From positions 1-64,000 of the forward strand of contig JAYPQH010000037.1 in assembly GCA_038131935.1 (NCBI GenBank): a DNA stretch of 64,000 bases, written 5' to 3'. Each line of letters begins with the position of its first letter. The first letter of the stretch is position 1. Source of the DNA: Alphaproteobacteria bacterium. Its GTDB lineage: Bacteria > Pseudomonadota > Alphaproteobacteria > UBA8317. Shown one piece after another: positions 29,887-41,632 of this stretch. Below the pieces are notes generated by a model, which was not told the origin of the DNA, did not search any database, and saw only the letters and a program-made list of their open reading frames with translations. A program made the translations under genes and the position numbers.

Positions 29887-32644
29887 TTAGACAAAATCTA
29901 CATAGTTGCCATTGATGTCACCCAGTAGAATGCCCGTTAATTCTATGTCTGTGACATCAGTGGTCATATTTTCTATAACGATTCCTGTGTCGTAGGCGGT
30001 ATCTTTTGTGGTCATATGGCTCATATCAGCCTTTGCATCCACAAACACAAATTGTTTGTCTAAGGCATCTTCATGACCCACAGCCATTTTCAAGATGGCC
30101 AACGCATCTGCCGAATTTACTTTCCCATTCTGGTTAACATCTGCTGCAATCAATTGATGAGCAGATGCATCTTGGGTGACGCCCACACTTATTTTGAGTG
30201 CTGCTAGAGCATCCGATGCTGTGATGGCCTTTCGGTTGACGTCAGTCGCATCCACAAAAGCGTCCAAGTGATAAGCCCCTGGGGGTATATCTGTGATCTC
30301 AAAACTTCCGGAGGTCATGTTCGCGTCCATGACATGTTCATCACCAACATCACTCAATTGGGAGATGCTTACCATTCCCTCAAAGCCTATATTGCTATCT
30401 TTCCAATGGTTGGCTGATCCAGATAAGAGGTGACCTGGGTCAATTGTGCTCTTCTGACCGAGCAAGGTTGTTTCACCATTTTCCTCATCAACTGTTATAT
30501 GGAAGTTTAATTGTTCCGTGCTTGTTACGGTGAATTCAGTCTCCCCTTTAAAAATTGAAATGGCGTAAGTGCCACCAATGCTGCTTTGTGAAGTTATTTC
30601 AATATCATACTCTTTAACGACTTTTCCATTGGTAGGGTTGTACTGAAACACAATGCTTTCACCATCTTCAAAATCAAGGATCTCATCACCGTTCCAGTTA
30701 TATGTATTGCTGTAAAATACATCCTTTCCAGATCCTCCGGATAAGATATCAGAACCTCCATTTCCCCTAATGTCGTCTGATCCATCACCTCCAAAAATCG
30801 TCATCATTACCCTCTTGTCCACGGATATGATCATCGCCATTCACCACCAGAATGGTATTTGCTTCATTTCCGTCTCCGATGCAAAAATGAGCCCAGTAAT
30901 CTTGTTTCCATATCAGATCTCATTGTTATTGGGGTTATCTTTTGGCCTGAAATGCCACGGTCTAGAATCAAAGGAGCCAATGTAGTGGATATTCTCTATT
31001 GATATAAAGGTGTCCTCTAACCCACCTTGGACTCCAACAGCTCCTGAAACACCATCTGTTAGGTTAATTTCTAAGGTAAAATTTTCAGTTGATGCGGTAT
31101 AGTTTGTTAAATTTAGCAACACCGTATCATTACCAGAACCACCATCTAAAGCTGCCGCGCCTGATCCGCTTATTTGAAGTGTATCATCTCCTGCTTCACC
31201 AAATAGCTGATCGTCACCATCACCAGTTGCTAAAAAGTCATTACCATCGCCGCCCCGGATGATATCATCACCATCGCCACCATCTAGGAAATCATCGCCA
31301 TCACCACCTCTGATGATGTCGTTGCCTGAGTCGGCAATAAGTTTGTTATCTTGATCATCGCCTATCAATTGGGCATCAAAGTCACCAATCAACGTATAAT
31401 TTTCAATGTTATAGATCTCATCCCAGGCATAATCCGTTCCGTCTGGCCTCACCATGTTTAATGACGCATATGTGGGTCTTCAGCAGTGAGGTCGAATACA
31501 ATATCAAAATCCCAGTTTGAAAATCCTAACCTATCTTTTACAGACTGACTGAGATCGGTAATTAACGTATCAATGCCCTCACCTCCGTCAAAGAGGTCTT
31601 CACCGCCAGTGTTAATGATTATATCATCGCCCGCGCCTGCATAAACTTCATCATCTCCCATCCAAGCGCTTAGTGTATCGTCACCATTACCACCCCTAAT
31701 GATATCGTTACCATTTCCACCAAGAATAGTATTTGCTTCACTATTTCCAGTAAGTTCAGATGCAATTGCGCCCCTGTAATCTATGTTTTCAATCGATATC
31801 AGGGTCTCTTGTCTGTTGGGATTATCTTTTTGCCCAGCCAAACCACGGGCTAGATCTATTTCGACAATTTGGGGTAGTTGATGTTTAGATTGGTTGGATC
31901 ATAATTAGTGAGGTCTTGACGGAACCAGTCCTGTCCAGAACCACCGTCAAGAGTTTGGCTGCCACCACCATTAGAAATAAAAAATCATTTCCTTCCTCCC
32001 CATATAAGAAAATCATCACCAGAACCAGTGTAAAACATCGTCACCATCACCACCTCTGATGATATCATCACCATCTTTACTGCCAAAAATTATATCCTCA
32101 CCCAAGCCACCAGTTATAATGTCATCGCTGAATAAGCCTGTAAGAATATTATTCTGATCTTTCATCGCTTACTAATTTGGTTATGAGGCCAATGTTAAAT
32201 GATTGCCCATACCAGCGTGATTAGTAGAAATAAGATAATGAACCTAAAGAAGCACTTTGGGAAACTCTCCAAGGTTAAAGGAATCTGGTTAGGGATAACG
32301 TTATCACCATTCAGTATTAAGTTTTAGCCGAAATGGTGTGTTGGAAGTGATGCATCAGAAAGACTGGAAAACATAAGTGTATACTAATAAGATCTTAAGA
32401 TAGTGCGCTCAATACCATCCAAATAATATTTTCCATTAAGAGCAGTAACGGTAATATTATGTCTTGTGGTCATCATCCTGATGTTCCTTAACGCAATTTT
32501 TGGGTATGATCGAAAATCTAGATCTTATTAAATCTGTGACTTCAAGTAAGCATATGAAGGCAGTTTTCCTATCTCGATATAAATGTTTGTCACATCACTG
32601 AGCATTTGAGATTAAAAAACCCCAACTATTTTAAAATGGTTCAT
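29887..32644 (-). CDS. RTX/Ca-binding repeat protein with C-terminal dockerin-like domain, broken by several frameshifts
   Basis: Consecutive minus-strand fragments (31458-31841, 30913-31455, 29887-30840 and unannotated 31850-32160) all carry GGxGxD nonapeptides and repeated IEN modules. The C-terminus has ITASDALAALKISVG...AADVNQNGKVNSADALAILKMAVG. Putative ATG at 32644 with GAGGGTG RBS (start uncertain). Confidence 0.7.
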
Positions 32645-32815
32645 CACCCTCTTCCAGCTTGCAAACAGGCGCGATAGTCTGCAGCGTTAACACCCCAGTT
32701 AATTTGTATTTCCTTAGGCTTAATTTGGCTATTCAAGAGTAGGTATGCTCAGAGAGGCGATGCAACAAAGGTGCCAGTAATATACCAGGTCAACTTTGAA
32801 TTATTTAGAGATAAG

Positions 32816-32888
32816 TGGAAGTTGTTGATAGGATTTTGAACCTATTGACCCTATCATTACGAATGATGCCTAGCCTATCCACAACAGT
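32816..32888 (-). tRNA. tRNA-Thr(CGT)-like sequence, degenerate or error-garbled in the D arm
   Basis: The minus strand reads ..TGTTG..GGCATCA-TTCGTAA-TGATAGGGTC-AATAGG-TTCAAAAT-CCTAT-CAACAAC-TTCCA. This gives an anticodon arm with CGT, a T arm, a partial acceptor stem and CCA. The D arm is short and unrecognisable. Confidence 0.6.
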
Positions 32889-32983
32889 GGCTTTCCCCGC
32901 TATGGCGACGATGAAAACAACTCTAATAAGAACCTCCTGAGCTAAAATATTTTCTAGGGGATTGGGTCTTGCTCAAGTTCCCA

Positions 32984-34291
32984 TCAAGAAGTTTCTAACC
33001 AAGGATAATCCATGACTTCTCTTGCTTGTATCTTCCACCAGAGCAATGGTCTGGAAACCAAGACAATGTCCACGATACGGCATGTGCCAGCTTTCATGGA
33101 TCTCACCACAACCTCCCGCGTCCATAAATTATCTGTGGCAGTCATCACTTGGTTAACCATGCAAAAAGCGTACAACCGACTCTTACCCGCCACGGATTCT
33201 TTTTCAACTGCTGCCATCAATGTGCAAACACGCTGATGTTGGATTATCATTGGCTGTGCGAGCCACTGGGTCTCAGTGCTTGTGTTATTTGACCGTTTTC
33301 AAGGGCAAATACAGTGCTTGCGCACTTTGGGCTTCTAGCATTGGTCTTTGTTGGTCTGTAGTATTTTATCAATTTTTGATTTTTGTCTGACTTTGGGGGC
33401 GTTTGAGACAATTTCTAAGGTTTTTAATAATCTCTGACGAATGGCTGTCCAGCCCTCTCTCACAACTTTTATGGCCTGGTCTCTTTTGCCTATCGCCAAC
33501 AAACATTTGACCAATCCAGCTGCTGCTGGAATGATCTGAGACGTCATGGAGCCTGGGAAAATACCAAGCTTGGTGGAACTAAGGTCTCTTTATAGCCACG
33601 CGCAAGTTCTACTTTCAACATAGCCCAGTTTCCTATTACCAACGACTGGGTCAAAGTGACTTTCTTTGATCTGAGCGCCATGACTCCCATGGCCTTCCCA
33701 GTTTCTTTGTAGCAACTTCAAGTTGAGAAGAGGTTCAAGCAATTCCTTTGATCGGTCTCCGAGAGTAAATGCTTATGGGCCAGCCTGGCGCTGACTGATC
33801 ATCTGGCTCGACTGGTGCGCCCATCCAACAACCCTCTTTGAAAGCCAGCAAGCCTAGTTTCGATGACTGAGCCACATCTGCCAAAACTTCTGTGCTTGTT
33901 GATGATTGCCTGCTGACGCAGCACGCAAGAATAGGGGCGGTGAGCAGTGGGCGGTCTAATACCGCGTCCGCTTTGCGTAAAAGCAATGCGCCGATCGGTA
34001 AATGTCCATCTTCAAGTTCGATAAGCGCTTTTTCAATGAGTGCGAGTCCTTTTTGGTTTTTCTTGAGACCATTTATCTGTCCGCAAAAACGTGGAGCCAT
34101 GACGAGCTTGTGAACAGTGATAGGATGAATCCAAAATAGAATGCCCGTAATAATGAAAAAGCATGAGCATGCTGGCGCTACGCGTCTACAATGATAACCG
34201 CGTAGTCAATTGCAACATGTCCTGATTGCTCCAAGGAGCCAGACCAAGAGCTTTACGCAAGGCCAGCAAAAACAAAACAGAATCTTAGCAT
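32984..34291 (-). pseudogene. hemY: HemY-family (TPR) heme biosynthesis-associated protein, shattered reading frame (likely sequence errors)
   Basis: Frame-hopping motifs: MLRFCFVF N-terminus, GHVAIDY, NQKGLALIEKALIELEDG, and a C-terminal W.(C)GGCGEIHESWH...(C)GHCLGFQTI.W zinc-ribbon-like tail. Position downstream of hemC-hemD fits. Confidence 0.6.
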
Positions 34292-34294
34292 GAT

Positions 34295-35400
34295 ATTAAT
34301 TCTTTCTGCCGCGTTGGAATGTATTGATGATTTCAAGGCTTCAACCATGAGGCGGATTCTCCGATGAAATGGGTTCCAAAACAGCTTGCGCTTGCTCGTT
34401 AAGGTGGATAACCCAATAAATAATCTTGCGAGAAGCCGCGTACAGAGCATTTCCATGTGAAACGATGAAGCATCAAGTCCTTCAGCGGCATCAATTCTTC
34501 CGGATGGTTGGTGGAGTGAACTGGGCCGAATGCATGATACTGACATCAAGCCCTTACTAGTCCCAGCACCTTTGCTTCATGGAGTATTAACGGCAATAAT
34601 TCTAAAATGCTGTAAATATGCAGAGGCAAAGGTTTCAAAGCCATCCTTGGCACGTTGTCACCGCAGCTGTAAGTTTAGGGCCTTGTCGAGATAGGAGTTC
34701 ATTTAGTTCTGCACTGCAAAAGGGTGTTCACCGAGAATGGCAACGCATATGGCAAGGTCAACACGATTGGCATCAGTTGTGCTGAGACGTGCCAACTGTG
34801 AATTCATCTCGTTTAAATCCATTGTTATAAGCGTCGAGATTGTATCTGAGCCTGATTGCGTGTCGTTTCCAAGTTTGTGGGCCAGTTGAGAAACATCCGT
34901 TTTCAATGACGTGCATATTGCGCCTGTAATTTTGAATGATCACGGATGTTACTTAAATTTGCTGGGTCTGCAATTTCCAGATTCGTCTACCCGCGCTTAA
35001 GCTGGTAACCTTTTGCTGAGAGTTCCTCTAAACGATTAGACAAGTCTAAATGGTTGTCGTAAGGAAGCTGATTTTTTGACGTGAAGTTTTAAGATCTGTC
35101 TTTCTAGGTCGCGAAATATTATTTTCCACTGATCCAATTTTTTTTTTCTATACTGATTTATCTGGGACTTTAGGGCGTTAATTTGTTCATCCACATCTTG
35201 TGATCCTAAAAACCTAATGGATGATTCCGTGGGTTCCAAACCAAAATGATGTATGAGTGAGAGGGCGTCAATAAGACTGACAGCACCAGATAAAAATATT
35301 CCGATTGCTCAATTGAAGAAAATGGCCAACTAGTAGGGGTTGTTTGGCGACATGGTGAAGAAGCATCCTCAATTGGATTTTGAAAACTACAAGGTTGTGC
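34295..35400 (-). pseudogene. COG4223/mitofilin-like membrane coiled-coil protein, shattered
   Basis: N-terminal hydrophobic stretch (AIGIFLSGAVSLI), coiled-coil fragments (DEQINALKSQINQ) and GEHPF. Syntenic position between hemD and hemY. Boundaries approximate. Confidence 0.4.
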
Positions 35401-35449
35401 CTTCTTCGTTTGAACTTTCTCAATCCACAGAGGGCCCCTTGTGGTGGTG

Positions 35450-36179
35450 GGTGATGAGAAGATGTGACGTTATGGAAACTTGCCAGTCTTTTCAAGAAAG
35501 CTATCAACTATCTTGTAATGCGACAATTTCCGTGTTTTATTGATCAATGCTGATGCGGTTGATAGCTGAGGTGGTCTGCATCAGGGGTGATATGCAGGCA
35601 GTATGGATATTGTTTGTTTCTAGTTGATGCATGGGCTGAAAATAGCCTTGCAATATTTGCAGAAGAAGGATAACATTATCTGGCTGTCGCCAAAGCTTTC
35701 TTCCCAATCTGTTGGAATTTTTCTGATTGTTTTGGGCTCTATAACAAACGACCCTGCTGGTGTGCGGCAAATGCTTCAGATCTGAAAATCAAGGTGGAGC
35801 ATCTTGTCCAGACAGAAATAGTACTCTGATGATTTGTGTCTTTTTGTAATGATTGAAGGTTGTTCTGGTATTGAGCTCCTGTTATGGCCAATGCGACAGC
35901 CAAGATCCTTGGGAGTTGTTACAGTTCGTTCGTCGACCAACGACATGAAACACAGGCTCAGGAGGCAACTGTGCCAATGATCTCGCCTAAGCGAAACCGT
36001 AAGACATTTTTCAGAGGAAATAATGATCTCAGAAAATGGCCAACATGATATGTTTGCGTAACGCTTCTATGGCGCTACGATAGGTGTATGGTAGAAATGG
36101 TAATCATGACGCTGCGCAATCATACGCCAGCACTTCAGCACTTTCGTGCGGGCGTAGTGATATGACAGCGTTGAGTCAT
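35450..36179 (-). pseudogene. hemD: Uroporphyrinogen-III synthase, shattered
   Basis: ATG overlapping the hemC stop (ATGA), HIT(R)P N-terminal motif, VVCYRA and ACIS fragments. Directly downstream of hemC. 3' boundary approximate. Confidence 0.5.
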
Positions 36180-37078
36180 GGAAGTTCCAAAACTCATCCT
36201 ATATGACCAAGCAATTCTTTGCTAATTCCGTTCCCAACATTTCAGCATCTGATGCAGAGGCGCCACTTTAAAGAAAAACCTTCTTGCTGCCAACACAGCG
36301 ACAGCTCACCACGCAACAAAAATTTCGCCCTCGTAGAAGGTGGCGTTTCCAAATTGGGGTCTGACAAGAACCATCTAACTTTTCTTGAGAAAGCACGCCC
36401 AGCGCTGACACAAACGACAGTTGATGCTTCATCATGTAAGGGCGTTAGAAAGCCATCGATTTATCATCATCCGCGGCATTGATACTCAACAGCGCCTTGC
36501 GCTACAGCAGGAAGCTACTTCCATACGCTGACGTGTTGCCAATGTTCATGCCTCAATCTATTTAGGCCATGCGTAAGAAATGTCGCATCAGCGATGCCTT
36601 CTGAGTTTTTGAAGGCGGGTTTGTACATTACCTCGAAGCCAACATTTGGATGTCAGATTTTAGATGTCGTAATTGCGCAGCTCTTTCTAAACTGATGAGT
36701 GTGCCCATAACAGAGCCAAGTGGTAAGGGGCTTGAATAGACTCATAAGGTCCTAAAAGACTGACATCTTCGACGGCTCCACGCGCTAAGAGAAATCGTTA
36801 CAAGATCTGGTGTAAAATGCGGCAACATCTTCATCGAATGTACGGCAAACATCGATGTCACCCTATAGAGAGCCTCTTCTAACTCCTTGGGTGAAAAGGC
36901 CTTGCCACCAATTTCTAAAGAGGTTTGTCTTGGATCGGCTGCCGGTTGTGTGGAAGGTCTGAATGATAAACTTGTTCATCAGTCCAGCCATGAGCAAGGA
37001 GCACCCATTTTTCTACATCGTAAGCAGCCAAGGCAAGGGCGAACCTCTTGTCCTGATCCGCAATATGGTTGAGCTCAT
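36176..37078 (-). pseudogene. hemC: Hydroxymethylbilane synthase (porphobilinogen deaminase), shattered
   Basis: Ordered motifs across frames: ILRI.TRGSPL, GGK..F.KE, AVHSMK, LRGNVQTRL, LPAVAQGA and LDGSCQTPI. AGGAG RBS. Confidence 0.85.
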
Positions 37079-37219
37079 TCAGTCTTACTCCTGTCAATTA
37101 TTCAGACACCTCCTTTGCAATGGATGTGACCAATCGAGTGTTTGATTATCACCAATTGTTTCATACTGACTAAAGCTGAAGTCCATTTGTAGCAAAACTT
37201 TGAGTTTGTAAGACGCTTT

Positions 37220-38230
37220 ATGTTGGTTTTGGGTATTGAAACAAGTTGTGATGAAACCGCTGTAGCCTTTGGTCGAGGGTAATCCACCTGGTCCTGCCGA
37301 ATTATCAACGAACAGCTTTATACACAGCTTATTGAACATCAGGATTTTCAGGGGTTGTCCCAGAGATCGCGGCGCTGGGTACATCTTGAACGGCTTGATG
37401 CCCTGACCTGAGACTTGTTTGAAAACAACCTCAGTAGATTGGGGTGATATAGACGCTATAGCCGCAACGGCAGGCCAGGGTCTTATCGGGGGGTATTGGT
37501 GGTCTCATGTATGCAAAGGCCTAGCGCAGGCGTGGGTCTACTATTCGGTTGCAAGTAATCATTTGAAGCCCATGGGTTTGACAGCGCGTCGGAGTCATGG
37601 CGGCGCTTGCCTTATTGGCTTTTTTGGTTGGTTTCTGCGGTCAGATCATACAAGCTCGTGATGTTGATGATTGTCCAAATAGGTGGAAAACTACTGACGA
37701 TGCCCTGGGGTGAGGCATCTGATAAAGCAAGATGATGGGGCTTTTGGGGATGCCAGGTGGCCCAAAAGCAGAAAATCGGCGTTAAACGGGGATCCAAAGG
37801 CCTTTGAACTGCCAAGGCCATTGCTAAAAACAGGACATGACTTTTCTTTCAGGTTTGAAAACGGGCTGTGTGCAGGCATTTGAGTCTGTAGTGAGATTGA
37901 AGCGAGCAGAGCATGGCAGATCTAGCCTGCGTCATTTCAAGATGCCCGGGTGATTGTCAGAGTGGTGCTAGAGCGGGCGCTTGAGGAGCATGGGAAAGCA
38001 TTCTGACGTTGGTCGTTGCTGAGGTGCTGCCTGTAATCACATTTGCGAACAAGATTGGAGCAATTGGTACAAGCACATGAAGTTTCTCTTATCTGTCCTC
38101 CCTGATGTCGCTTTGCTCTGATAATGCAGCCATGATAGCTTGGGCAGGAACCAGATGTTGTCACGCGGCCATCATGATGCGCCAGACGTACTGGCAAAGC
38201 CGTTTGGCCAGTTGTTATCTTCCTCGAAGT
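37220..38230 (+). pseudogene. tsaD: tRNA N6-threonylcarbamoyladenosine synthesis protein TsaD, shattered
   Basis: MLVLGIETSCDETAVA at 37220, followed by GVVPEIAA, AATAG(P)GLIGG, NHLE.H, DF.(F)SGLKT and DNAAMIAWAG. Confidence 0.88.
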
Positions 38231-38283
38231 ATACGTGATTGATGCAACAATAGTGCCAGCTTGTTAGGGCTTGTGATCCAGCT

Positions 38284-39239
38284 ATGACAGAGAAGAATGC
38301 ATGTTGTAGGTGCTGGGGCTTCTGGGGTACAGCATTAGCTAATCACTTTGCCAAGTCTATGAAGACATCACTTCCAGGTGCAATAAAATACATGTTAGCT
38401 GAAATGGTCTAACGACAAAAGAGAGTCCGAGGTTGCCAGGTGTTACCCTCCATGAGCAATTGAAACTTGTCGATGCGTTTGTTGAGGCTGACATTATCTG
38501 TTTTGCATTACCATTCTGTCTTGCAAGAATTCCTCCAAACAGCACCTTGTCTATAGACCTTTTTGGTTGTGGCATCGAAAGGTATTACGGAAGATGGTTT
38601 GTTGGTCCCAGATGTTCTGAACAAAACGGGATTCTGGCCAATGGCTTTTACTATCAGGACCTAGTTTTGCTCGTGATTTGGCACATAGTCGTCAGCGGCT
38701 GTTACATTGGCTGGTCACGGTTTGCATCAACAGGGAGGCCTTGGCTCATTGTTTACTAATACGCAATTACGTGTTTATCCGATAGTGATATGCAGAGTTG
38801 CGTTGGGCGGTGCGGTGAAAATGTTATGGCCATGGCATGTGGTGTTGCGCGTGGGGGTGGTTTAGGTGAGTCAGCTGTTGCTGCGGTGGCGGCAATGGGG
38901 TTCGCTGAAATAAGAAGACTCTTTATGACGTCATTGGCGCGGGCCATCTACCATGATGGGGCTCTCAGCTTTGGCGATCTTTTTAACCGCTTCTTCCCCT
39001 TCCCCGTAAACACTCAGTTTGGGATGGCATTGGGTTCTGGTAAGACCGTTGACCAAGCCATGATATCTGTTTTTGGTATTGTTGAAGGGCGGGCGAGTAT
39101 TAACGGCGTCCTTGCCTTAGCAGAAAAATATGACTTGGATTTGCCTATTACTTCAGGTTTAAGAGATTTGTTGCTTGCGAAATGTTCTGTGCAAGAGCTG
39201 TTGGATAGCTTTCGTGCGCGGCCAATGACAAGGGAATAG
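38284..39239 (+). pseudogene. gpsA: NAD(P)H-dependent glycerol-3-phosphate dehydrogenase, shattered
   Basis: VGAGA.GTALAN, GIE, LSGPSFARD, NVMAMACG, GDL, VEG and LPIT motifs, ending RPMTRE*. Follows tsaD as in other alphaproteobacteria. Confidence 0.85.
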
Positions 39240-39343
39240 AGATGTACATAATGATGGTAGAGGGTTTCCCGATCATGTAAATGTACGTAAATTCCCCAAA
39301 AACAAGATGCCAAAAATGTAACAATGGATATGATAAGAGGAAA

Positions 39344-41564
39344 ATGAGCATGGAATCATCATCACAAAGTGATATTATTTACACCATCGTAGACGAAGCC
39401 CCCGAGCTTGCTAGTGCGTCTTTGCTGCCGATCATACGGAGCTTTGCGCAAGCTGCTGGGGTACGAGTAGGTACAAAGGATATATCTCTGGCAGGGCGTA
39501 TTTTGGCTGCATTTTCCGACCGGCTACCTGATGATCAGAAGCATTCAGATGACTTGGCTGAATTGGGTGCTTTGGTAAAAACCCCGCATGCTAATGTCAT
39601 TAAGTTGCCGAATATTTCTGCATCAGTTCCACAGTTGGTGGCTGCAGTTGAAGAGCTTCAGGCGCAAGGTTACGCGATTCCCGATTATCCCCACGAGCCG
39701 AGCAACGATGAGGAAAAAGAGATCAGGGCCATTTATGATGGTATCAAAGGATCAGCTGTAAACCCTGTCCTTCGAGAAGGTAATTCGGATCGGCGTGCCG
39801 CAAAAGCTGTGAAAAATTATGCGATGAGTAACCCTCATTCAATGGGTGTTTGGTCGAGAGATTCTAAAACACATGTTTCATCCATGACGGGGAATGATTT
39901 TTTCTCCAATGAAAAATCGGCCACCATTTCAGCGTCGCAAGCAGGATCTGCACATATTGAATTCATCTCGTCTGACGGCCAAACAGAGATCCTGAAAAAA
40001 GGGCTTAATGTTGGCAGAAGGAACAGTTGTTGATGCTACATTTATGTCGGTCAAAGCATTGCGTACATTTCTTGAAGAACAAATTGAAGATACGAGAGCA
40101 GGGGGGATCTTGTTTTCGCTGCATTTGAAGGCAACCATGATGAAGGTCTCTGATCCCATTATATTCGGTCATGCTGTAGAGGTATTTTTTGCGGAAGTGT
40201 TCAGCAAACATGGTGAGAAGTTGCGTGAGCTTGGGGTCAATCCAAATTCAGGCCTTGCGGATGTTTTAGCACGTGTGGCTGAGTATCAAGATATAAGTGC
40301 AGATTTTGCTGATACCTTATCTAAGCAGCCACCCATGTATATGGTAAATTCTGATAAGGGTATCACCAATTTGCATGTTCCTTCAGATGTTATCATTGAT
40401 GCATCTATGCCGGCTGTTATTCGTGCTGGCGGAAAAGGGTGGGGACCAGATGGTCAAGAGGGCGATACCAAATGTGTTATCCCTGATAATAGTTATGCAC
40501 CTGTCTATGACGAAGCGATTGCATATTTTAAGCAGACCGGTGCCTTAGATCCTACGAGCTGTGGGACCGTTGGCAATGTAGGTTTGATGGCTCAGAAAGC
40601 TGAGGAATATGGCTCACATCCGACAACATTTGAAATGAAAGCCGATGGGGAAGTGCGTTATGTCCTTGCCAACGGAGAGGTTCTACATAGTCATAAAGTT
40701 GAAAAAGGTGATATCTGGAGAGCTTGTTCTACCAACAAAGCACCGATCTTAGACTGGGTACAATTGGCAATCGACCGTAAACGGGCAACCGGAAGTCAGG
40801 CTATTTTTTGGTTGGATAAAAACCGTGCCCATGACGCACAACTGATACCGTTGGTAGAGGAGATTCTTGAAGCAGAAGGGTTGTCTGATGCATTTCTCAT
40901 CTTACCCCCGCGTGAGGCCACAAGACTAACATTGGAAACCATTCGTGAAGGCAAAGATAGCATTGCCATTACAGGAAATGTATTGCGTGATTACTTAACA
41001 GATTTGTTCCCTATTCTAGAGTTGGGTACATCCGCAAAAATGTTATCGATTGTGAAGCTCATGAATGGCGGTGGTTTGTTTGAAACAGGTGCAGGTGGTT
41101 CTGCACCCAAGCATGTTCAGCAACTTGTTGAAGAAAACCATCTTCGTTGGGATTCTTTGGGCGAATTCTGTGCCCTTGGCGAGTCCTTTAAGTTTCTGGC
41201 AAACATCAAAAACAATAAAAAAGCTGCCATATTGGGTGCAGCCATTGATGTTGCGACCCAGGGCATTTTAGATGAAAATCATTCGCCGCAGCGTCGTGTT
41301 GGCCAACCTGATAACCGGACGAGTCATTTTTATTTTGCAAAATACTGGGCGCAGGCACTAGCTGAGCAAAATGATGATGAAGAGCTTTCTGCACATTTTA
41401 CCCCCATCGCTCAGGCATTGGTCGACAATGAGGAGCAAATTCTCCAGGAGCTTCTTGGTGCGCAAGGGGTGGCTGTTGATTTGGGTGGATATTATCATAC
41501 TTCGCCTGATAAAACCGCTGAAGTGATGCGTCCAAGCGCGTTGTTCAATCAAATTATTTCTTAA
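39344..41564 (+). CDS. icd: Monomeric NADP-dependent isocitrate dehydrogenase; frameshift at the A6 run near 39995
   Basis: [58 protein letters not shown] and AGGSAPKH. Deleting one A gives ..[11 protein letters not shown]... Confidence 0.92.
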
Positions 41565-41577
41565 CGTGCTCGTGGAT

Positions 41578-41610
41578 ATGAAACGCATAGACTAAGGCTA
41601 TGCGTTTCAT
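41578..41610. other. Perfect 13-bp hairpin between icd and the EVE gene
   Basis: ATGAAACGCATAG-actaagg-CTATGCGTTTCAT. No following U tract. Confidence 0.6.
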
Positions 41611-41632
41611 CAAAAATGAGGGTGAACATTCA

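Noticed and set aside
29230-32110. Short GGxGxD-encoding repeats as a CRISPR or satellite array
   Set aside because: The repeats are degenerate, 27-nt-period and in-frame RTX nonapeptides. There is no constant repeat-spacer structure and no cas gene.
32984-38950. Short ORFs in the ORF track as novel small proteins
   Set aside because: They are out-of-frame or antisense pieces of the shattered hemY/hemD/hemC/tsaD/gpsA genes.
39990-40012. A_AAA_AAG slippery motif in icd as a programmed -1 frameshift
   Set aside because: Restoring the protein needs removal of one base (+1 shift), not -1. It fits the window-wide homopolymer error pattern.
12343-41610. Two perfect 13-bp-stem/7-nt-loop hairpins as a dispersed repeat (REP/MITE) family
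   Set aside because: They share no sequence similarity, and the matching geometry is probably coincidental.
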